DNA from: Methanoregula sp.
GTDB taxonomy: Archaea; Halobacteriota; Methanomicrobia; Methanomicrobiales; Methanospirillaceae
Length of the DNA stretch: 38,482 nucleotides
Reading direction: 5' to 3'
Assembly (NCBI GenBank): GCA_039698055.1
Contig: JBDKTL010000011.1
Location: 1-38,482, forward strand
Shown piece after piece: positions 10,863-19,988 of the stretch. The translations under genes and the position numbers were made by a program. The notes beneath the pieces are model-generated. The model saw only the letters and a list, made by a program, of their open reading frames with translations, did not search any database and was not told where the DNA came from. Numbering within the stretch: position 1 is the first letter of the stretch; each line of letters begins with the position of its first letter.

Positions 10863-11285
10863 TTAGAATTTTGCTCCGAGGTTTGTGCAGACTGCTGCAA
10901 GCGTGATAAACTGCGGGTTGTTCAGCCGGTCCATATGCGCCAGCTCGAGAGATTCCATCTCTTTACCCACCAGCTGCATGGGAACGCCGACATAGCACCG
11001 GATCCGCTTCATTGCGTCAACACCACGGGGGCGCTTGTACGGGAGCATGCCGCGGATCGTGCGCTTCATGATGTGATCCGGCCGCCGGGGGAAATAAGGA
11101 CCCCAGTCGGCTGCACCGCGGACGCGCTTGTGGGTGTAGTTGGCAAGAACCCGTGAACGGCTTCCCGATATGATTGCACTTTCGACGTTCACGATTGCAA
11201 TCTCTTCGCCTGCAAGAGCACGCTGTGCGACAATGCTTGCAAGCCGCCCGAGAATGAGCCCGTCACCGTTGATTACTGTAACCAT
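10863..11285 (-). CDS. rpl13: 50S ribosomal protein uL13
   Basis: [25 protein letters not shown]. Confidence 0.97.
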   Translation of the reverse strand: MVTVINGDGLILGRLASIVAQRALAGEEIAIVNVESAIISGSRSRVLANYTHKRVRGAADWGPYFPRRPDHIMKRTIRGMLPYKRPRGVDAMKRIRCYVGVPMQLVGKEMESLELAHMDRLNNPQFITLAAVCTNLGAKF

Positions 11286-11293
11286 AGTCTAGT

Positions 11294-11659
11294 TCACCTC
11301 AGGATCCGGACACCGCTTCCCTTGGGGTTGTCCACAATAAGCTGCTCGATCGTCATGCACTGTCCCTTTGCATCCCTGATTTTGCTCGTTGCGGAGACTG
11401 AAAAATTCAACGCCGCAACTTTAACCGACTGCTCGAGCATACCGCTGCCAAGTACTTTTCCCGGGACAATGATCGTCTCGCCATTCTGGGCGTAGCGGTT
11501 GATCTTGGACAGGTTGACCTCTGCGTAATTCCTGTTTGAGGTTTCCAGCCTGTTTGCGATCTCACGCCAGATCTTTGCCTCGTTCTCGCGCGATTTGTTC
11601 TTCAAGAGCAAAATGAGATTGGTAAGACGGGGGTTCGTCTTTTCCACCGTTCGTGTCAT
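11294..11659 (-). CDS. rpl18e: 50S ribosomal protein eL18
   Basis: KTNPRL, EVNLSKINRY, VPGKVLGSG, NPKGS. Confidence 0.97.
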   Translation of the reverse strand: MTRTVEKTNPRLTNLILLLKNKSRENEAKIWREIANRLETSNRNYAEVNLSKINRYAQNGETIIVPGKVLGSGMLEQSVKVAALNFSVSATSKIRDAKGQCMTIEQLIVDNPKGSGVRILR

Positions 11660-12486
11660 TTCTTGTCCTCCCCTGATATCTCGCCTGTCTGTTTTTCCAG
11701 CTCTTCTGACTGCTCTTTCATAAATCTGAGCGCCCGCTCGATAATCTCCTTAACGGGCAGTGACCCGTCGCTCTCGACCACGAAAATAAACCGGTCGGGC
11801 TCTGCTGAGATACGGATAGCGGGTTCTTCCCCGATGCCGCTTGCCATGCAGGCACGCTCACAGAGCTTGCACATGGAGCATTCGGGGAGTTTGCCATCGA
11901 CTACTTTGACCTTTTTCCCTTTGACTTCAAGGATCGAGCGGGGACATTCGTCCACGCACATGCCGCACGCATCACAGGCATCGCTGACCGTGATGACGGG
12001 GTGATTCTTGTATCCGCATACAAGGGTTGGCTGCCATTTGGCATGCACTTTCCCGGTATTGAGGACGGCTCGTGCTTCAATGACCAGTTTCTGCCCTTTT
12101 ATGAGCTTCACGATGGGGACATTGTCAAACACAGGTGCTGCCATGGGGTCCTGCGGGATCAGGTCGCTTGACATGACCGTTTTTGGGCCCTCGACACTTA
12201 ACGTGTACGTGCTGGTGCAGGCCGGGCATCCCGCCCCGCCGCATGCGCAGGCATCCTGTTTTACATAGGTAGTAAGGTCAGTCTTAATCGGGATGAGCCC
12301 AAGGCGGTGTGCCAGCATTTCGTCAAAGAGTGCGCTTGTATTGTCATAGATGCGCACATCCTCGATGGCAAGGGTCGGCACTTCGCCGATCATTGCCCTG
12401 CGGAATGCATTGGCAAACGCCGGGCTCGATCCTGACAGAGTGAATCGGGCAATGGTGTCGTCCAGGCTGGAAAATACGATCTCCAT
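11656..12486 (-). CDS. rpoD: RNA polymerase subunit D (Rpo3) with ferredoxin-like domain
   Basis: ANAFRRAMIGEVP, NTSALFDEMLAHRLGLIP, HAKW; CDACGMCVDECP and CSMCKLCERAC cluster motifs; start ATG 12486. Confidence 0.97.
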   Translation of the reverse strand: MEIVFSSLDDTIARFTLSGSSPAFANAFRRAMIGEVPTLAIEDVRIYDNTSALFDEMLAHRLGLIPIKTDLTTYVKQDACACGGAGCPACTSTYTLSVEGPKTVMSSDLIPQDPMAAPVFDNVPIVKLIKGQKLVIEARAVLNTGKVHAKWQPTLVCGYKNHPVITVSDACDACGMCVDECPRSILEVKGKKVKVVDGKLPECSMCKLCERACMASGIGEEPAIRISAEPDRFIFVVESDGSLPVKEIIERALRFMKEQSEELEKQTGEISGEDKK

Positions 12487-12884
12487 CACACTCTCCTTCC
12501 CCGTCTGCCACCCTTTGGACGGCATGAGTCGTGCGGGATAGGCGTGACGTCTTCAATGCGGCCGATGCGCATGCCCGCCCGGGCAAGCGCACGAATTGCT
12601 GCCTGTGCGCCGGGCCCCGGGCTTCTCTGTTTTGCCTGGCCGGGTGCACGCACCTTAACATGGAGACCAACAATGCCCTTTTCGCGGACGATGGCGGCAA
12701 CATTTCCTGCCATCTGCATTGCTGCGTACGGGGAACTCTCGTTCCGGTCCTGCTTGACGACCATGCCACCGCTGCTCTTGGTGATGGTCTCTGCTCCCGA
12801 GAGATCGGTTACGGTGATGATCGTGTTGTTGAACGAGGCAAAGATGTGTGCAACGCCCCATTTCTCGCTGTCGTTTGCGGCCAT
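12486..12884 (-). CDS. rps11: 30S ribosomal protein uS11
   Basis: [38 protein letters not shown]. Confidence 0.98.
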   Translation of the reverse strand: MAANDSEKWGVAHIFASFNNTIITVTDLSGAETITKSSGGMVVKQDRNESSPYAAMQMAGNVAAIVREKGIVGLHVKVRAPGQAKQRSPGPGAQAAIRALARAGMRIGRIEDVTPIPHDSCRPKGGRRGRRV

Positions 12885-12885
12885 G

Positions 12886-13437
12886 TTACTTCACTCCTGC
12901 AGATTTTGTGATGCGTTCCCGTTCTGCGTGTGACGCCGAAAGGAACGGGGAGTTGCCGTAGTACGAGATGGTATTCTCTTCTATCCGGGTCACCCGGTAG
13001 CCGGGAATAGTGACACGGCGTCCGCCAATGGCAATATGCCCGTGGGTGATCAGCTGCCGTGCCTGTTTGGGCGAGCGTGCAAGACCTTTGCGGTGGACAA
13101 GTGTCTGGAGACGGCGCTCCAGCGCTGCCTGGACCTTGAGCGAAAGGATCTTGTCGATATCGGCATCCGCGCCGATAAGTCCGGCGCGCTGCAGGTGCTC
13201 CATGAGCTCGGTTTTCTTTGACTCGAACTTCGTGGTGTCAGATCCTTCTGCCATCAGCACGAGCAGGTCACGAGCCGCTTTGCGGTATTTGCGAAGGATG
13301 TTCTGTGCTTTCCAGACATCGCGCTTGTTGCGCAGCCCGTATTCGATGACAAGGCGGGTTTCATCCTCGATCCTCGTCTTCTCCCAGGGGCGTTTTGGGG
13401 TCTGGTAGGTCTTGTGGTTCTTTCCAGGGTATCCCAT
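12886..13437 (-). CDS. rps4: 30S ribosomal protein uS4
   Basis: [29 protein letters not shown]. Confidence 0.98.
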   Translation of the reverse strand: MGYPGKNHKTYQTPKRPWEKTRIEDETRLVIEYGLRNKRDVWKAQNILRKYRKAARDLLVLMAEGSDTTKFESKKTELMEHLQRAGLIGADADIDKILSLKVQAALERRLQTLVHRKGLARSPKQARQLITHGHIAIGGRRVTIPGYRVTRIEENTISYYGNSPFLSASHAERERITKSAGVK

Positions 13438-13440
13438 GGT

Positions 13441-13902
13441 TTAAGCACTTCCTTCTCTCTTCTTCTTGACACCGACCGTCATACCGGTTCTTCCGGTCGA
13501 CTTGGTGCGCTGCCCACGGACTTTCTGGCCGGTTTCGTGCCGGATGCCACGGTAACAGCGGATCTTCCTCATCATGTTGATATCTTCGTCCCGTGCGAGC
13601 GCGACATCGCCGCCAAGCAGGTGCTTGGTCTCGCCGGTGTAGACATCCTTTGGCCGGTTTGCCATCCAGAAAGGAATCTTCGTGATATATTGTTCAACAG
13701 CAGTACGGAGCCGGTTGACCGACTCTTCATCAATGCGACCGAGCAACGCATATTCGTCGACGTTCGCCATACGGGCGATAACCGTGGAGGTATGTCTGCC
13801 AACGCCCGTTATGCCGGTCAGCGCAACCCGCACGGATTTCGTGCCGTCCAGATCGGTAGTACCAATCCGTACAAAGTATTTTATTTCGTCGTCCTGAGCC
13901 AT
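13441..13902 (-). CDS. rps13: 30S ribosomal protein uS13
   Basis: [31 protein letters not shown]; start MAQDDEIK (the longer ORF runs into the tRNA). Confidence 0.97.
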   Translation of the reverse strand: MAQDDEIKYFVRIGTTDLDGTKSVRVALTGITGVGRHTSTVIARMANVDEYALLGRIDEESVNRLRTAVEQYITKIPFWMANRPKDVYTGETKHLLGGDVALARDEDINMMRKIRCYRGIRHETGQKVRGQRTKSTGRTGMTVGVKKKREGSA

Positions 13903-13937
13903 CCAATCCCCTCGATTGTGAGATTTTCTCTTTTTAG

Positions 13938-14022
13938 CGCTGAGGGAGGGATTTGAACCCTCGAGTCCCAAGGGGACACAGGTTTAGCAAACCTGCGCCA
14001 TACCAGGCTTGGCTACCTCAAC
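13938..14022 (-). tRNA. tRNA-Ser(GCT)
   Basis: GTTGAGG/CCTCAGC acceptor, CAGGT-TTGCTAA-ACCTG anticodon arm, long variable arm GTCCC-CTT-GGGAC, GGTTCAAATCC, discriminator G. Confidence 0.96.
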
Positions 14023-14085
14023 AGAGGAATCTCGCATCTTCTACAGACACTCGCAGTGAAGGATTCACTGCTCCATGAATGGTGC

Positions 14086-14094
14086 TTTATAATA
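14086..14094 (-). promoter_or_regulatory. putative TATA box of the tRNA-Ser/rps13 superoperon
   Basis: minus strand TATTATAAA about 65 nt upstream of the mature tRNA. Confidence 0.45.
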
Positions 14095-14346
14095 TGGTCG
14101 GGTTTGTGTAATAAGTGTTGGGGTAGATTTCCGTGCTAAAATCATACCGGATCTCGTGGATTCACGCATCGCACTGTAATAGTACAGATCGGGCGTACTC
14201 GTTACCGAACCATGTATCTAAGTATGTGCTGGTCTGTATATGACTCTCCCTGGTCTTTGAAAAAAATACACTCATCACAACAACAGGGATTGGCTGGAGA
14301 AAATTTCCAAAATTATGTTCCAGCCATCGAAACACGGGAGGAGATG

Positions 14347-15255
14347 TCACGGGGTAGTCTCCGGAATGTCCGGCGTGACATTAAACCATCCTTGTGCCGC
14401 AGCATCCGTACACGTCAAATCCAGATCGACCACGTATTGCCCGGGTTCGAGGTCTCCCGTGTCGAAACGGATAACAAACCGGGTTGAATCGGGGCCGAAC
14501 ATGGCAGGATTTATAATTCCGTAGATCTTTCCACCCTTGCACCAGGGGGACAGCGGGCTGCAATACGAACCGGGTCCAACCTCACGGATGGAATAGATGA
14601 CCGCATAGTCGGTTCCGTTTCTTACCCCCCGGATAGTCTGGACGTCCCCTTTTCTCACATCGCTGACGGGGAGAAGGGCAAACGATGATCCTGATAAATC
14701 ACGGTCTCCGGTACCGGCATCCGCAAATGACAGCGGGGTTGTATTCTCCTGGAGCGTGAAGATGAGATTTCCCGTGACCGATTCGTTTTCAGTGAATGTT
14801 GCGGAGACTAAATACTCCTGCGGCCAAAAATTCGTGCTGTCAAAATCGAGGGAGAAGACGTTTCTGCATTCATCCCCTTTCCGTATTTTTACATCCGACA
14901 TGAAGAAATCATCGAAACAGCATTTGCAGTGCGGATGGAATGCAGATTCATAGACCGCAAGATTCAGCGTCTTTCCTGCGGGAATATTCGTTGTCCCGCT
15001 GAAGTGGATTTCATCCCCTCTCCGGGCCGCACCGACCGGATTCATGGCGATCCAATAGGATCCGGTGGCCGGCAGCGGGCAGGCTGGCATGAGTGTGGTG
15101 ACGGGAGCCGTTGTTACGACTGGGGGCACAGGTGAAACCGCCGACATCGTACTATTGGCCGGTGTTTTTGTGGCCGGTTGCCCCGCACACCCCGCCGCCA
15201 GCAGCAGCGCCACTATCACCAGCACCAGGCCAAGTGTAATGCGGGAGGGGGTCAT
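14347..15255 (-). CDS. secreted lipoprotein with two Ig-like domains resembling Methanomicrobiales S-layer modules
   Basis: signal peptide with lipobox LLAAG|C, T/P/V-rich linker, WIAMNPVG..GD...SGTTN motif and a second diverged copy ending FDTGDLEPGQYVV. Confidence 0.75.
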   Translation of the reverse strand: MTPSRITLGLVLVIVALLLAAGCAGQPATKTPANSTMSAVSPVPPVVTTAPVTTLMPACPLPATGSYWIAMNPVGAARRGDEIHFSGTTNIPAGKTLNLAVYESAFHPHCKCCFDDFFMSDVKIRKGDECRNVFSLDFDSTNFWPQEYLVSATFTENESVTGNLIFTLQENTTPLSFADAGTGDRDLSGSSFALLPVSDVRKGDVQTIRGVRNGTDYAVIYSIREVGPGSYCSPLSPWCKGGKIYGIINPAMFGPDSTRFVIRFDTGDLEPGQYVVDLDLTCTDAAAQGWFNVTPDIPETTP

Positions 15256-15504
15256 GGATTTACCTGAACAAAACTTCAATCCTATCAGGGAAATATATTG
15301 TGAAGTTTTTCCCCGGTAATCAATCCGAATGGGGGTACTTTGGGGGAGACTGCAGAAGGTTGTAGAGACGTGATAACTTTGATGGCGGCCGCGTTTATTG
15401 TAAAGCCCGGCATATATGATAGCACTTCAGCAGAGCACAGGAGCACGCATACTTAGTATAGTGCACTCCGGGTGCTGGCTCATAGTTCCCCGAACGGGGT
15501 GAAG

Positions 15505-15776
15505 GGGGGGTCGCATGGGTACAACTCATCATGGAGACCGGGTATCCCGTGTTTGTTGTTTTATTCGGATATTACCGGATTTTATGTCGTGAAAAATTAT
15601 CCGGACTACCCATGTGGGAGGCCTTTTTGCTGGTGCAACCGGTCACCGGTTTTTCATTTGTACCCATGCGACCCCCCAAACACCGTTCGCATTTTAAAGA
15701 GGAATTATCCAATTTTCACGTCATAAAAACCAACCCGCATAAGGATTTATGGATGAGGGGGGTCGCATGGGTACAA
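15505..15776. repeat. three copies of GGGGGGTCGCATGGGTACAA (+ 15505-15524, - 15658-15677, + 15757-15776)
   Basis: identical 20-mers read directly from the sequence; copies 1 and 2 extend to an imperfect ~33-bp inverted repeat starting CGAACGG. Confidence 0.9.
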
Positions 15777-15925
15777 AAAAAGATCACGGGCGGGAAACAG
15801 GCAGATCGTCCATAAGCTGTTTTTAACCATGGAACAGGTTTCTTCTAGTACCGGTAAGGAACAATGCATCCCGTTTGGATGACAGCATATTGCCTGAAAA
15901 ACTAAAAAAAAAGAGAGGATCCGGT

Positions 15926-16702
15926 CTATAGCGCCATCACCAGCGACCGGCGGGTGACCATCCCCACCAGCTTGCCGTTGTCCGTGATGGGGACCGAACT
16001 GATGTTCTTTTTGAGCATCGCGTCGATCACGGCAGTTGACAACACATCCCGCTCCATCGAGATCAGCGGGGCGCTCATGATATCCTTGACAAGCAGGTTG
16101 CGTATCTGGTGATCCTGGTGCTGGTCTTTGACCGTTTCGCGGAACTTCCGCAGCGATGTCGCCAGGTCAGTCTCCGTGACGATGCCAAGGAGTTTATCGT
16201 TTCCGGTCACCACAAACCGGGTGATCTTGTCGTCGATCATCCGGCGCCGGAGGTGGACAACACGCTCATCGGCCTCGATGGTTACCACCCGCTCCAGTGC
16301 AAGATCGATGCCATCGGCCGGGGGGTATTTCCTGAGCAGGTCGCCTGCCGTCACCTGACCGATCAGGTTGTGATCGGCATCGTAGACCACCACCAGCTTG
16401 TAGCGCTGGAGCAGGGGCACGAGCACGTCAACGCTCTCATCGGGATAGACGCTGGTAAAGTCCTCGGCAACAACGCTCGCCACATGAATTGCGGACGGTG
16501 CAAGGCCCGTATTCTGCTTATTGCCCAGTTTCTCCGCTATTGCCTGCCGCGAGACGGTGCCAACGACCGTCGCATTATTGAGCGCGATTAAAGGGTCGAT
16601 ACCCTCATCGAGCATCTTATCGAGCGCTTCGGTCAGTTTTGCCGATTTGGATATGGTCGTTGGTTTTGCCATTATATCTTTTATTAAGAGATGTTTTGTC
16701 AT
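15926..16702 (-). CDS. CBS domain protein (two CBS pairs)
   Basis: IKDIM, LLGIVTETD, VKDIMSAP, SSVPITDNGKLVGMVTRR; ATGA-coupled to the upstream gene. Confidence 0.92.
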   Translation of the reverse strand: MTKHLLIKDIMAKPTTISKSAKLTEALDKMLDEGIDPLIALNNATVVGTVSRQAIAEKLGNKQNTGLAPSAIHVASVVAEDFTSVYPDESVDVLVPLLQRYKLVVVYDADHNLIGQVTAGDLLRKYPPADGIDLALERVVTIEADERVVHLRRRMIDDKITRFVVTGNDKLLGIVTETDLATSLRKFRETVKDQHQDHQIRNLLVKDIMSAPLISMERDVLSTAVIDAMLKKNISSVPITDNGKLVGMVTRRSLVMAL

Positions 16703-17547
16703 TTTGCCACTTCCTTGATGATATCATCACGTTTGAGGATTCCCGAAATTGTCTTGTTTTCCATGACCACCAGGCTGTTGATATGCAGACGGCCCATCAG
16801 TGCAATTGCATCGGTGAGCGGGCAGTCGGGGGTGATCGTGGTCACCGGCTTTGTCATCACATCTTCTGCGGTCACATGTTCACCAGAGAGGGAGACCTGA
16901 CCGCTTGATTTCTGTGTGTTTGCCAAAACAACTCGTTTTACATCTTTACCCACCACCATACTTTTTACCGGGGATTTGTCTGAGAAGGCAAGATTTGTCT
17001 CGGTAATAATACCGGCAATCGTGCCATCGCTCTCGGTTACCACCACCTTGTCGTTGCGCCCGCTCATTACCTTGATCACATGGTCAAGCGAGTGGTAGCG
17101 GCTCACAGTCGCCACATCCTCCATCACATCGCCAGCCACGCCGGGCAGGGCTGCAACAAGCGCAGATTTCATCAGGTCTGTTTTTGTGACAATTCCTGCA
17201 ACCCTGCCATCTTCAACAACCGGGGCGCAGCTGATGTTTTTCTGCACAAACAGCCGTGCGATCTCCCGTATACCGGTATCGGGGGCTACCACGAAGGGAT
17301 CTTTTACCGCCAGTGTTTCAACGGGCATCTGGTCGAGCGGGCGCCGTTTCCATGCGGGACTCTGCCGTACCAGGCCATAACCGATATCCTTTTTGGTGAT
17401 AATCCCGACCGGTTTTTCATCCCGCATCACCAGCACTCGTGAGATCTTGTGCTTTATCATCAGGTTGCGGGCATAGGCAACCGTGTCCTGCGGCGATACA
17501 ATGAAGACCGGGGCAGTCATAACATCGCGGGCGTACATGGTCCTCAC
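16699..17547 (-). CDS. CBS domain protein (two CBS pairs)
   Basis: ARDVMTAPV, VGIITKKDI, AGIVTKTDL, AEDVMTKPV, SGILKRDDI. Confidence 0.92.
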   Translation of the reverse strand: MRTMYARDVMTAPVFIVSPQDTVAYARNLMIKHKISRVLVMRDEKPVGIITKKDIGYGLVRQSPAWKRRPLDQMPVETLAVKDPFVVAPDTGIREIARLFVQKNISCAPVVEDGRVAGIVTKTDLMKSALVAALPGVAGDVMEDVATVSRYHSLDHVIKVMSGRNDKVVVTESDGTIAGIITETNLAFSDKSPVKSMVVGKDVKRVVLANTQKSSGQVSLSGEHVTAEDVMTKPVTTITPDCPLTDAIALMGRLHINSLVVMENKTISGILKRDDIIKEVAK

Positions 17548-18485
17548 TCCTCTGCAAACGCCCGGACCAGATCGAATTCAGTGACCAGCCCGATCAGCCT
17601 TCCGCCTTCGATCACCGGCAGGGCGCCGATGTTCTTCTCAAGCATCTCCCGTGCCGCATCGTTGACGCTCTTCTCGGGCGTTGTGGTGAAGAGGTTGCCT
17701 GCCATCAGGTTGCGGACCGGAAGGCCGGTCACTTCGGCGATATTTCCTGTGGTCAGCTGATGGAAGATCTCCCGGCTCCCCAGGTACCGCATGATGTCAG
17801 TCGCAGTAATAATCCCAAAGAGCACATCGTCGCTTACGACAGGGAGCCTCCTGAACCGGTACGTGGTCATGTCATGCGTAACGGTTGAGATCGGGCTGCC
17901 GGGAGTCGTGACCCGGAGCGCCGAACTCATCACATCCTCCACGGCAAGGGTGCTGCGCTCGGCGGCAAGAACCCTCATCACATCCCGTTCGGTGAGAATG
18001 CCGCAGAGCACCCCGTCCCCGTCCACGATAGGGAGCCCCCCGATCTTTTTCCCGACGATGATCTCCAGCGCGTCAAGAAGATGGGCATCGCTTTTCAGCG
18101 TCTCGGGTTTCCGGGTCATGATCGTGCGCACGCTTTCGTTGAGTGCGGCAACAAGGTTCCCGCCATGTTTTACCTGCACAAGCCGGGACTTGTCACCGCC
18201 GCCCATCAGGTTCATTACGTCGCCTGACGTGATGATCCCCCTGAGGTTCTTTGTTCCCGGGTCCGTCACCGGCAGCCGGCGGAACCCGCACTGCGTCATC
18301 ATCTCTGCAGCGCCGATGATGCTGTGGGTCGGCGGCACTGAAATGACATCGGCGGTACCGATGGCCATCACCTGCCCCTCGTGCTGTGCGATATGGGATT
18401 TGAACTCGACAGGCCCCCTGTCAAATTTCCCCTGCATCTTTAAGAGCCGGTCACCCTGCTTGGTGCCCCGTGCATTCTTGCGCAT
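17544..18485 (-). CDS. CBS domain protein (two CBS pairs)
   Basis: FRRLPV, GIITSGD, IGGLPIV, GILTERD, IGALPV, GLVTEFD; SD GGAGGT. Confidence 0.93.
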   Translation of the reverse strand: MRKNARGTKQGDRLLKMQGKFDRGPVEFKSHIAQHEGQVMAIGTADVISVPPTHSIIGAAEMMTQCGFRRLPVTDPGTKNLRGIITSGDVMNLMGGGDKSRLVQVKHGGNLVAALNESVRTIMTRKPETLKSDAHLLDALEIIVGKKIGGLPIVDGDGVLCGILTERDVMRVLAAERSTLAVEDVMSSALRVTTPGSPISTVTHDMTTYRFRRLPVVSDDVLFGIITATDIMRYLGSREIFHQLTTGNIAEVTGLPVRNLMAGNLFTTTPEKSVNDAAREMLEKNIGALPVIEGGRLIGLVTEFDLVRAFAEE

Positions 18486-18495
18486 ATCTTACCTC

Positions 18496-18564
18496 CATGA
18501 CTGGCTGGATGCACGGGGGATGAGCACGGTAAAACCTGCCCCTGTACCCCGGCATCGAATCATG
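18496..18564 (-). promoter_or_regulatory. long imperfect RNA hairpin abutting the SD of the third CBS gene
   Basis: pairings CATGATT/AGTCATG, GATGC/GCATC, CGGGG/CCCCG, GGGCA/TGCTC, GGT-TTT-ACC. Confidence 0.55.
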
Positions 18565-18604
18565 TATTATCCGATCGTTTTTGTTTTCCCCGCAAGGCTT
18601 TTTT

Positions 18605-19351
18605 TTACAGACTGGCAAGCACATCATGCCGGTCTACGATTCCCATGAGGGTATCTCCTTCCATCACCGGCAGCCTGCTCACGTCGTGGGTTACCAGCAG
18701 CCGGGCAGCAGCCTGTGCCGTCTCGTGCGGACTGGTAGTGACCACGTCATTTTTCATCACGTCGGCGATGGTCTTGTGCGTGTGGCCGGCAAGTGCGGAT
18801 CGAACCGCCCGGGAACTGATGAGGTCCCGACGGGAGATAACCCCAACCAGCCGCTTCTTTTTTATGACCGGGAACGCAGAAAACCCGGTTTCCATGATAC
18901 GGGTGTAGATGTTCTGGACCGTGTCTTCCGGCGTAGCAGTAACAACCGCCTTTGACATGCAGTCCGAAACATACCCGGACAGTTCATTGCGCGAAATGAT
19001 GACCGGGAAGAGATCGGACAGGAGCACCCCTCCCAGAACATGGCGTTTTGGGCTGACGATCGCAGCGCTGTCTGTCCGGTACTTCCGCATCGTCCGTGCG
19101 ACTGCTTCAATCGGGTCGGCCGGATGAACAGCCGACGCCTCTTTTATGTATCCTTCAACGGTGACATTTGATTTGGTCGCCGTCACTTTTAGCGCATCGG
19201 TGATGTCGATATATCCGAGAAGGCACTTTTTTGCGTCAATGATATAGGCTTCACGGAACTGGTCATCTCTCAAGATCTGCCGTGCTTTTGTTATTCCGTC
19301 ACTGTTTTTCAGCACAGGGATCTCACGCATGAAATCCTGTGCCGATTTCAT
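18605..19351 (-). CDS. CBS domain protein (two CBS pairs)
   Basis: FSAFPVI, VGVISRRDL, IADVM, VSRLPV, GIVDRHDV. Confidence 0.92.
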   Translation of the reverse strand: MKSAQDFMREIPVLKNSDGITKARQILRDDQFREAYIIDAKKCLLGYIDITDALKVTATKSNVTVEGYIKEASAVHPADPIEAVARTMRKYRTDSAAIVSPKRHVLGGVLLSDLFPVIISRNELSGYVSDCMSKAVVTATPEDTVQNIYTRIMETGFSAFPVIKKKRLVGVISRRDLISSRAVRSALAGHTHKTIADVMKNDVVTTSPHETAQAAARLLVTHDVSRLPVMEGDTLMGIVDRHDVLASL

Positions 19352-19914
19352 GTGATATTTTCCTCCTCACGACAGCGGGCGCAGAGCATGACATTGTCGA
19401 CCCGCTTAAGATCATCAGACATCTGGCTGCAGCGGTTGCACATACCCGGTTCAACCGAATCCTCGCGGTTGATGTCAATAAGATCCATAAGGATCTCATT
19501 TTGCTCGTTTGAGACGGTAAGAAGGTCACGGACGGCAAGAATGCCTATCACCTTGTTGTCCTCGTTGACAACAGGGAGCCTTCTTACCCGGTGCTTCACC
19601 ATCATATGGGCTGCATCGCCGACAGTCTTATCCTCGCTCACGGTGATGAGCGGCGTGCTCATGATATCTTCAACATGTACACTGCTTGGCTTTGAGTCCC
19701 TGGCCACCACTTTGCAATTGATATCCTGCTCGGTCACGATGCCAACAGGGAGATTGCGCTTGAGGACAATGCAGCTTCCTACATCGTCATGGCACATCCT
19801 CGCTGCTGCCTTGGCGACCGTTGAACCCCAGTTTATGGTCGTGGGGTTGTGATGCATGATCTCTTTGAGCGGCACCCGGGTCTCGAAGTTTATGGCGTTG
19901 GATGTTTTTTTCAT
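19348..19914 (-). CDS. CBS pair protein with C-terminal zinc ribbon
   Basis: VGIVTEQD, VEDIMSTP, VRRLPVV; C-terminal CNRC...CARC; SD GGAGGTGA. Confidence 0.93.
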   Translation of the reverse strand: MKKTSNAINFETRVPLKEIMHHNPTTINWGSTVAKAAARMCHDDVGSCIVLKRNLPVGIVTEQDINCKVVARDSKPSSVHVEDIMSTPLITVSEDKTVGDAAHMMVKHRVRRLPVVNEDNKVIGILAVRDLLTVSNEQNEILMDLIDINREDSVEPGMCNRCSQMSDDLKRVDNVMLCARCREEENIT

Positions 19915-19970
19915 GAGTCACCTCCTTGAAGTGATGTGTGCTGATGATTACAATTACCATACTCCCCACC

Positions 19971-19988
19971 AATTGTATAAATACAATT
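19971..19988. promoter_or_regulatory. palindromic operator overlapping the TATA box of the CBS operon
   Basis: AATTGTAT-AA-ATACAATT perfect 8-bp arms; minus strand contains TATTTATA. Confidence 0.6.

Noticed and set aside
14162-14350. 62-aa ORF overlapping the lipoprotein stop
   Set aside because: No motif or SD; coupling could be chance
15505-15776. Possible CRISPR array
   Set aside because: Mixed orientation, unequal 133 and 79 bp gaps, no cas genes
15472-15815. Short ORFs over the repeat cluster
   Set aside because: Translations of the repeat (GGSHGY, YPCDPP, GVAWV) with no protein-like signal
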